From positions 11,118 to 75,117 of the forward strand of contig NW_021833729.1 in assembly GCF_006345805.1 (NCBI RefSeq): DNA of 64,000 nucleotides, given 5' to 3'. Numbering within the stretch: position 1 is the stretch's first letter; each line of letters starts with the position of its first letter. This DNA comes from Octopus sinensis (taxonomy: Eukaryota). The position numbers and the translations under genes were made by a program. Below the pieces are notes generated by a model. It did not search any database. It was not told the origin of the DNA and was given only the letters and a program-made list of their open reading frames with translations. This document shows positions 27,070-64,000 of the stretch, in pieces.

Positions 27070-29395
27070 TATGTTTACATACATACATACATACATACAC
27101 ACATACATACATACATACATACATACATACATACATACATACATACATGCATGCATGCATACATACATACATACATACATATATACATATATACATTCAT
27201 ACATGCATATATACATATATGCATACATACATGCATACATACATACATACACAAACATATACATACATACATACATACATACATACATGCATGGATACAT
27301 GCATACATACATGCATACATGCATACATACATACATACACACATACATACGTACATACATGCATGCATATATACATACATGCATGCATGCATACACACGT
27401 ACATACATATATACACACATGTATGCATGCATGCATACATACATGCATATATGCATATATAGATACATACATACATACATGCATGCATACACACATACAT
27501 ACATGCATACATACATACATACATACATACGTACATACATACATGAATACATGGATACATACATGCATGCATGCATGCATGCAAACATACATACATACAT
27601 GTATGCATACATACATACATACATGCATGCATACATACATACGTACATACATACATGCATGCATACATACATACATGTAAGCATACGTACATACATATAT
27701 ACCTATATGCATGCAAACATACATACATACATGCATGCATACATACATACATACATGCATGCATACACACATACATACATTCATACATACATGCATGCAT
27801 ACATACATACATGTAAGCATACGTACATACATATATACCTATATGCATGCAAACATACATACATACATGCATGCATACATACATACATACATGCATGCAT
27901 ACACACATACATACATGCATACATACATGCATGCATACATACATACATGTAAGCATACGTACATACATATATACCTATATGCATGCATATATACATACAT
28001 GCATGCATACATAGACACATACTTACATACATGCATGCATTCATACACACATACATACTTACATACATACATGCATGCACGCATGCATGCATACATACAT
28101 GCATGCATGAATACATGCATACATGCATGCATGCAAACATACAAACATACATGCATGCATACATACGTACTTACACACATACACACCTACATACATACAT
28201 GCATACATACATACATGCATACATATATACATACATACATTCATGCATACACAAATACATACATACAAACATACATACATACATACATGCATGCATACAT
28301 ACATACATGCATACATACACACATAGATACATACATACATGCATACATGCATGCATGGATACATACATACATGCATGCATGCATACATACATACATGCAT
28401 GCATGCATACATACATACATACAAACACACATACATACGTACATACATGCATGCATGCATGCATACATACTAACATTCATGCATGCAAACACACATACAT
28501 ACATACATACATACAAACATACAGACATATATACATACATACATACACTCATGCATTGCTGCATGCATACATACATACATACATACATACATACATGCAT
28601 GCATACACACATACATACGAACATACTTGCTTGCATACATACACACATGCATGCATGCATACTTACATACATGCATGCATACACACATACATACATACAT
28701 ACATACATACATACATACATACATACAAACATACATACATACATACGTACATACATGCATGCTTGCATACATACGTACATACATAAATGTATGCATACAT
28801 ACATGCATGCATGCATATGTACATACATATACCTGCATGCATGCATACATACAAGCATGCATGCATGCATGCATACATGTATACATACATACAAACAAAG
28901 ATACATACATACATGCATGCATACATGCATACATACATACATACACACATACATACACACATACATACATACATACATCATTACATACATACATGCATGC
29001 ATGCATGCATGCATACATATATTCATACATACATACATACATGCATGCATGCATGCATACATAGATACATACATACATACGTACATACATACACACATAC
29101 ATACATACATCCATACATACATACATGCATGCATGCATGCATACATACATTCATACATACATACATCCATACATACATACATGCATGCATGCATGCATGC
29201 ATACATAGATACATACATACATACGTACATACATTCATGCATACATATATACATACATACATACGTACGTACGTACTTACGTACATACATACATGCACAC
29301 ATACATACATACATACATAAAAACATACATACACACACACATACACACATACATGCATACATATATACAAACATAAATACATGCATACATACATA
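27070..29395. repeat. 2.3-kb (TACA/TGCA)n complex microsatellite with a ~140-bp higher-order repeat near 27570-27985
   Basis: Direct reading; gtaagcatacgtacatacatatatacctatatgc recurs 3 times. Confidence 0.95.
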
Positions 29396-30505
29396 GAGAT
29401 ATATAAACATCCACATAAATATATGTCTTTTTTTATTTTTTATGCCTCCCCCTCCCCCATCACTTCATCACAATGCTGGTTTGTTTGCATCCCAATATGA
29501 GAGCCGTTCAAGAAAAGACCCCAGCGGAATTCGTTCTACACTGAAAAAACAGCAAATGATTTCGATTTTTTTTTACTAATCCCTTTAATGTAGTGCTCCA
29601 GCATGGTCGTAGTCTAATGACAAAGACAGGTAAAATATATGGAAAAAAAAAAAAACTGACTAATGCGAAGAACTTTAAGAAACATATTGAGTGAGTGAAA
29701 CGTGCGAAAACTCGCGTATTGAATGAATCTAGTAATTTCGACAAGGGAGACAACTCTTGTTAAATCCCAGGGAAGTAACTCTTAGTTGTATTACTGTCTA
29801 TCAAAAGAAAATTAAAAACGGCATTACCATAAAAGTGAATGAAAAGCAGAGGAATCCTGCAAAGGGACAGTTAACTAGGGTCAATCAAGAAACCCTAATT
29901 ATCCATCATCAACACTTCTTCACCCTTTTCTTTATTTTACCCGTCATAGTGTATCTAGGAATATATTATTTAATGTGTTTTTTTTTACTTTACCCGTCAT
30001 AGTTTTAGTCGAACATATCGACCCCAGGACTTATTTCCTCGACATTGTACTTATTTTATGGGGCACTTTTACATAAGCGTTAAATTTACGGGTTCGTAAA
30101 CGCATGAACACCGATTATCAAACGATAGTGGGGTACAAGACACACTCACATAGATATATACATGTATACACACACATATATTGGGTTGGTAAAAAAGTTC
30201 GTAGCGGTTTTTCAACTGGTCATGGTCGTAGGATCGCGGTTTCCATTCCCGGACCAGGCGATGTGAGTGTTTATTGAGCGGAAACACCTAAAGCTCCACG
30301 AGGCTCCGGCAGGGGGTGCTGGCGATCCCTGCTGTACTCTTTCGCCACAACTTTCTCTCACTCTTTCTTCTGTTGGCCTGCTCGCTTAGCCAGCGGGGTG
30401 GCGTCATTTGAAGGCTAAAACAATGCGAAGCGCATTGTGACCAGCGATGTGTTGCAACATCAGATAGCCTGGTCGGTCATGGTGATCACGGTGATATATA
30501 TATAT

Positions 30506-30537
<32 letters not shown>

Positions 30538-30548
30538 ATATATATATA

Positions 30549-31872
30549 TGGGGTCATCTCATAAACAATGCATTTTTTATACTTCTTTTATTTTTCAAAA
30601 TTAAAATAGACAAAGTTGTTTTTTTTTAATCTAAAATATACTGTCCTTCATTTTTGTACAGTGGTCTTCCATCTATCAGCTAAACTTGCAAAGTCCCGCT
30701 TCCAAAATTCACTTGCCCGTGATGTAAAATACACCTCCTGTACTATTCTGACCTCGTCTACAGAATTCATATTATTTCCGTCCAAATGATTTTGAAGACT
30801 GCGGAATAAATGATAATCAGATGGGTGTCAGTATCCGACGAATATGGAGGCTGGTCATCGTTTCCCATTCAAACTTCTCCACCCTTTGGAATGTCATCCT
30901 CGCTGTATGTGGCCGAGCATTATTCTATCTCTTTACTACCCACAAGGGGCTAAACGCAGAGGGGACAAACAAGGACAGACATAAGTATTAAGTCGATTAC
31001 ATCGACCCCAGTGCGTAACTGGTACTTAATTTATCGACCCCGAAAGGATGAAAGGCAAAGTCGACCTCGACGGAATTTGAACTCAGAACGTAGCGGCAGA
31101 CGAAATACCTATTTCTTTACTACCCACAAGGGGCTAAACACAGAGGGGACAAACAAGGACAGACATAAGTATTAAGTCGATTACATCGACCCCAGTGCGT
31201 AACTGGTACTTAATTTATCGACCCCGAAAGGATGAAAGGCAAAGTCGACCTCGACGGAATTTGAACTCAGAACGTAGCGGCAGACGAAATACCTATTTCT
31301 TTATTGCCCACAAGGGGCTAAACACAGAGGGGACAAACAAGGACAGACATAAGTATTAAGTCGATTACATCGACCCCAGTGCGTAACTGGTACTTAATTT
31401 ATCGACCCCGAAAGGATGAAAGGCAAAGTCGACCTCGGCGGAATTTGAACTCAGAACGTAGCGGCAGACGAAATACCGCTCAGCATTTCGCCCGGCGTGC
31501 TAACGTTTCTGCCAGCTCGCCGCCTTAGTGGCCGGGCATTATTCTGATGGGAAAAAAACCAAAGATGGTCGTTTTTCTTCCAGTGCAGGTGTCAATGAAT
31601 GGTTGACTGACCAAATCCAAGCTTCTCTGCTAGTTCCTCAACAGCAACGATGGAATTTTGTTCCACTACATTTTGCAGGACGTCCTCATCAAGCCCTACA
31701 GATCTTCTAGGACGATGCTCGTTTTCTAGGCTGTAGTTTCCGGTTCGAAATTTCTGGAACTACCGTTTAAAACAGATCCTCATATGCCGCTGCATTAATT
31801 TTCCTCGCGCTTTTCGATGCGTTGTTGCCTTCATTAAACTCATAAAGCAAAATATGTCGAATATGCTCCGTT
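30549..31872 (-). mobile_element. Mariner transposase relic
   Basis: HIRHILLYEFNEGNNASKSARKIN (N-terminal HTH); NARPH; degenerate YSPDLAPSDYHLFRSLQNHL region; internally deleted. Confidence 0.8.
30928..31527 (-). mobile_element. Trimeric copy of the same SINE inserted in a mariner element, with an 18-bp TSD
   Basis: gtggccg(a/g)gcattattct at 30909-30926 and 31528-31545. Confidence 0.9.
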
Positions 31873-31904
31873 GTGTGTGTGTGTGTGTATGTGTATGTAT
31901 ATAT

Positions 31905-31935
<31 letters not shown>

Positions 31936-32345
31936 AGGCGCAGGAGTGGCTGTGTGGTAAGTAGCTTGCTTACCCACCACATGGTTCCGGGTTCAGTCCC
32001 ACTGCGTAGCACCTTGGGCGAGTGTCTTCGGCTATAGCATCGGGCCGACCAACGCCTTGTGAGTGAATTTGATAGACGGAAACTGAAAGAAGCCTGTCGT
32101 ATATATGTATATATATATATGTATGTGTGTGTGTGTGTGTGTGTGTGTTTGTGTGTGTCTGTGTTTGTCCCCCTAGCATTGCTTGACAACCGATGCTGGT
32201 ATGTTTACGTCCTCGTCACTTAGAGGTTCGGCAAAAGAGACCGATGGAATAAGTACTGGGCTTACAAAGAATAAGTCCCGGGGTCTATTTGCTCGACTAA
32301 AGGCGGTGCTCCAGCATGGCCTCAGTCAAATGACTGAAACAAGAA
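31936..32345 (+). mobile_element. ~410-bp tRNA-related SINE with an internal (TA)(TG) microsatellite
   Basis: ggcgcaggagtggctgtgtggtaag...gggttcagtccc head; gactgaaacaag tail; about 10 copies in the window. Confidence 0.9.
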
Positions 32346-32503
32346 AAAAAATATATATATATATATTTATATATAATCAAAGTAAGCAACAAGAATATTT
32401 TCAGTAATTCGGTTACTTTGTTGCTTACTTTGATTATAATCACCCCATGGATTTATATGGATAATACCATACAAATTCTGGTGCATCTGACTTAAGTACC
32501 GTA

Positions 32504-32563
<60 letters not shown>

Positions 32564-32581
32564 CATATATATATGTGTATA

Positions 32582-32661
<80 letters not shown>

Positions 32662-33234
32662 CATACATACATACATACAAACATACATACAAGCATACAT
32701 ACATACATATATATATTGTTACTTGCACATGAGTAATGTTGTTAAAAAATAAAAACAAGAACCATAAGTTTTTACATAATTCTGCATTTATTTCATTTAA
32801 AATCATTAAGAAGCATGTTGCTGATCTTTTTAATGGTAACATTATCATCATTCCAATTAATTATCGATTGATTTCCTTATATAAAATATCACACCAAATT
32901 ATTGGCTTTGGATTACAAATACGTCTCAAAAGATACTCGAGAACAATTCATGCATGACCAGCAAATAAACTGAGGTAACTTTCCCATGGTCAAAATCATG
33001 GTATAGACATGCATTCATGCACATGTACATACATAAAATTATATAATGTGTTTTAAATGAAATTGCAATCATGAAATGGCAAAACCCACATTTGAAACCC
33101 TATGTACATTCATATACATCAAGAAAGCTGTGAAGAGGACTAGCCTCACACGTTTTCTTTCATTTGTCTCCATAAAAGGAATACTTACAGAAAATATAAA
33201 GGAGCACTTATATATAAACTGTTTTATTAAGTCA

Positions 33235-33755
33235 TCCATTTATATATATATATAAAACTGTAGTTGTGTGAGTGTCTGTCCCCTTCGATTTAGATTCCTA
33301 ACTACTCCCACATTTTGCGGTGCAGTTTAACCAAATTCAGGTATCTTATAGTCGTGATTCATATCGAGCCCGTCTGCATATTAGCGCGCGTCTACAATGA
33401 GTCTACGATTTTTAAAATAAATTAACATCATTTTTTATTTCATTTTAATGCATAATTTTTCGTGTGTCGATGGCGGCGGAGTTGGCGTCCATGGTCACAT
33501 CTGCACCTGTTTGCTTCTCCCCCTTCTTCCCTCCCTTGTGAAGCTGTGGGGGAGGGAGTGTAAGGAAATCAACGTCGTAAAGCGTTGTCAAGGAGACCAG
33601 CGTTCTTTTAGAACAATGACTTCATGGCTTGAAGACACCAAAACAGAAATGGCTAAGAAAGCCCGAATTGGCATCTATAAGGGAAGTAACTCTCTAAAAA
33701 TGCTTATATAGTTATTTCCCTTACAAACCCGAGCAACGCTGAGCGATACTGCTAG
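33235..33755 (+). mobile_element. Non-autonomous Helitron-like element
   Basis: 5' TC..TATATAAAA, 3' GC-rich hairpin-like ccgagcaacgctgagcg then CTAG, A|T insertion site, no TSD. Confidence 0.7.
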
Positions 33756-34109
33756 TCATTAATAATATTGGTTATGTAAGAAAAAACTTCATAAAGATTA
33801 TATTATAAACCTGCATTTAAGATATACAACAGTGATTTAAATTTGTTATAATATCATCGACTACGTTTATCAAAACTACTATTGTTAGTTAGCACCTAAT
33901 ATAATATTTGCTATTCTAAAATTCCGGTGATCAAATTAATAATTTTCATATGTTTTATAGGCATTTTGTCTTTATATTAAATATATTTTATATATATTTT
34001 ACATTTAATCTGAATATATTTATATTTTGTATAGGAAACATTTTAAGAGAACAAATGATTTAAATTTAAATTTCACAATATCACGGTTAGCAAAGCAAAT
34101 CGTATCTAT

Positions 34110-62228
<28,119 letters not shown>

Positions 62229-62657
62229 CTGAAACAACGAGAAAATATAAACATTTACACACACATATATGCATACATACATACATATATACTCTTTATC
62301 TTATATTAAACTTTTAATACTTTTTGATAGTTTAAAAAAAATAAATAAATAAATAAATATAAAAATATAAAAATATATTAAAAAATAATAAAAATATATA
62401 TAAATAAAAATAAAAAATAAATAGTTAAATAAAATAATAATAAAAATATATATATATTTATAATTTATAAGTTTAAATTATTAATTTAAATAATTTTTTT
62501 AAAAATTTTAACTTTAATTTAAATATTTTAATTGGATTTTTATATTTTATATTTTATATTTTTTATATATTTTTTAATTAATTTTATTTCTATGTATTGG
62601 CTTATGATTTTCACTGTTTGATTTGCCTAATAGTGGTTTTATCTCTAATTTAATATA

Positions 62658-62698
<41 letters not shown>

Positions 62699-63109
62699 CT
62701 GTGTGTGTAGATTCAGATGAATATGGTACCTAAGTTGAGGCACCAGAATTTAGTACGGTATTATCCATACAATTTAAAATAAGGTGATTAAAATCAAAAT
62801 AAGCAACAAGGATATCCAGAGGTAATGCAGTACGATCGTTTCATGCAACTCCATTTAATTGAACAATGTAATCATTTCACTACATCAATTTAAAATGTAG
62901 AGCAATTTTCAGCTGCACAAAGACATAGAATATAATTAAATTAGAACGGATGGACACATTAGAATAATTTTACCTAAAATCTCCAAAAGGTTAAAGAGAT
63001 AGGCAAAGAACATTTTGTACGAACAACAACATAGTTGTAACTATGATGTCGCTGGTACAAAATGGTCTATCCCCTTAACTTCTAGGAGATTTTAGATAAA
63101 ATTATACTA

Positions 63110-63530
63110 AGGCGCAGGAGTGGCTGTGTGGTAAGTAGCTTGCTAACCAACCTCATGGTTCCAGGTTCAGTCCCACTGCGTGGCATCTTGGGCAAGTGTC
63201 TTTGCTATAGCCCCGGGCCGACCATGCCTTGTGAGTGGGGATTTGGTAGACGGAAACTGAAAGAAGCCTGTCGTATATATGTATATATTAATATATATAT
63301 ATATGTGTGTGGTGTGTGTTTAGTTTTGTGTTCTGTGTGTTTACCCTAGCATTGCTGACAACCGATGCTGGTGTGTTTACGTCCCCGTCACTTAGCGGTT
63401 CGGCAAAAGAGACCGATAGAATAAGTACTGGGCTTACAAAGAATAAGTCCCGGGGTCGATTTGCTCGACTAAAGGCGGTGTTCCAGCATGGCCGCAGTCA
63501 AATGACTGAAACAAGTATAAAGGTAAAAGG
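63110..63530 (+). mobile_element. SINE, same family as 31936
   Basis: Sequence match. Confidence 0.9.
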
Positions 63531-63856
63531 GTAAAAATAAGGATAATGTGGCCTTATATAAGGCAAAATTGATCCTTATATAAGGCAAATAAGAAAATGG
63601 AGAGGATAAACAATCGACAAACATCAGCTTGTAAGCATTCAATTATATCTATTTATTAGTTGATTACAAATAAATATGTAAGTGATCCAAATAAACGAAT
63701 TTAGTGAGAAGGAGCTACAGAATTCTATAGGATCGCCCCATAGTCAGCACTGGATACCATCAATACCAAGCAAATCTCGAAGTCGACGTTCCAATAATAA
63801 TGCATATGACTTGAGATGTTTGCCTTGCCTTAAAGATTGTAGTCCATTTTAACAAT

Positions 63857-63894
<38 letters not shown>

Positions 63895-64000
63895 AATATA
63901 ATTGTTAAAGTGGACTATATATATATATAAGGGTGTATATATATGTATATATATTTGTATATATATATGTATATATGTATACATATATATGTCTATATGT

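Noticed and set aside
27028-29416. Long His/Thr/Tyr/Ile or Met/Tyr/Val/Cys ORFs (up to 561 aa)
   Set aside because: Translations of the (TACA/TGCA)n microsatellite, open in all frames.

Overview
Repeat-dense, AT-rich animal genomic DNA. The SINE families and extreme microsatellite load suggest a cephalopod (Octopus-like); that is inference. The right half holds one spliced gene on the minus strand, a divergent Mind bomb-2-like E3 ligase. I traced 13 GT-AG exons from 62228 to the stop at 34110, about 630 codons with consistent phases: two Mib repeats, about 5 ankyrin repeats and two RING fingers. Its 5' end lies outside the window. The left end holds a ~480-bp tandem repeat in which each unit carries an intact minimal type-I hammerhead ribozyme, next to a Penelope-like GIY-YIG fragment with inverted ends. 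The rest is a Gypsy relic abutting a 7.5-kb (CAC/GGT)-derived minisatellite, R4/Dong-type RLE LINE fragments in (TAA)n tracts, RTE/CR1 and mariner relics, Helitron-like elements, tRNA-derived SINEs (two as tandem multimers) and several inverted duplications flanking exons. Most ORFs in the supplied track are microsatellite artefacts.
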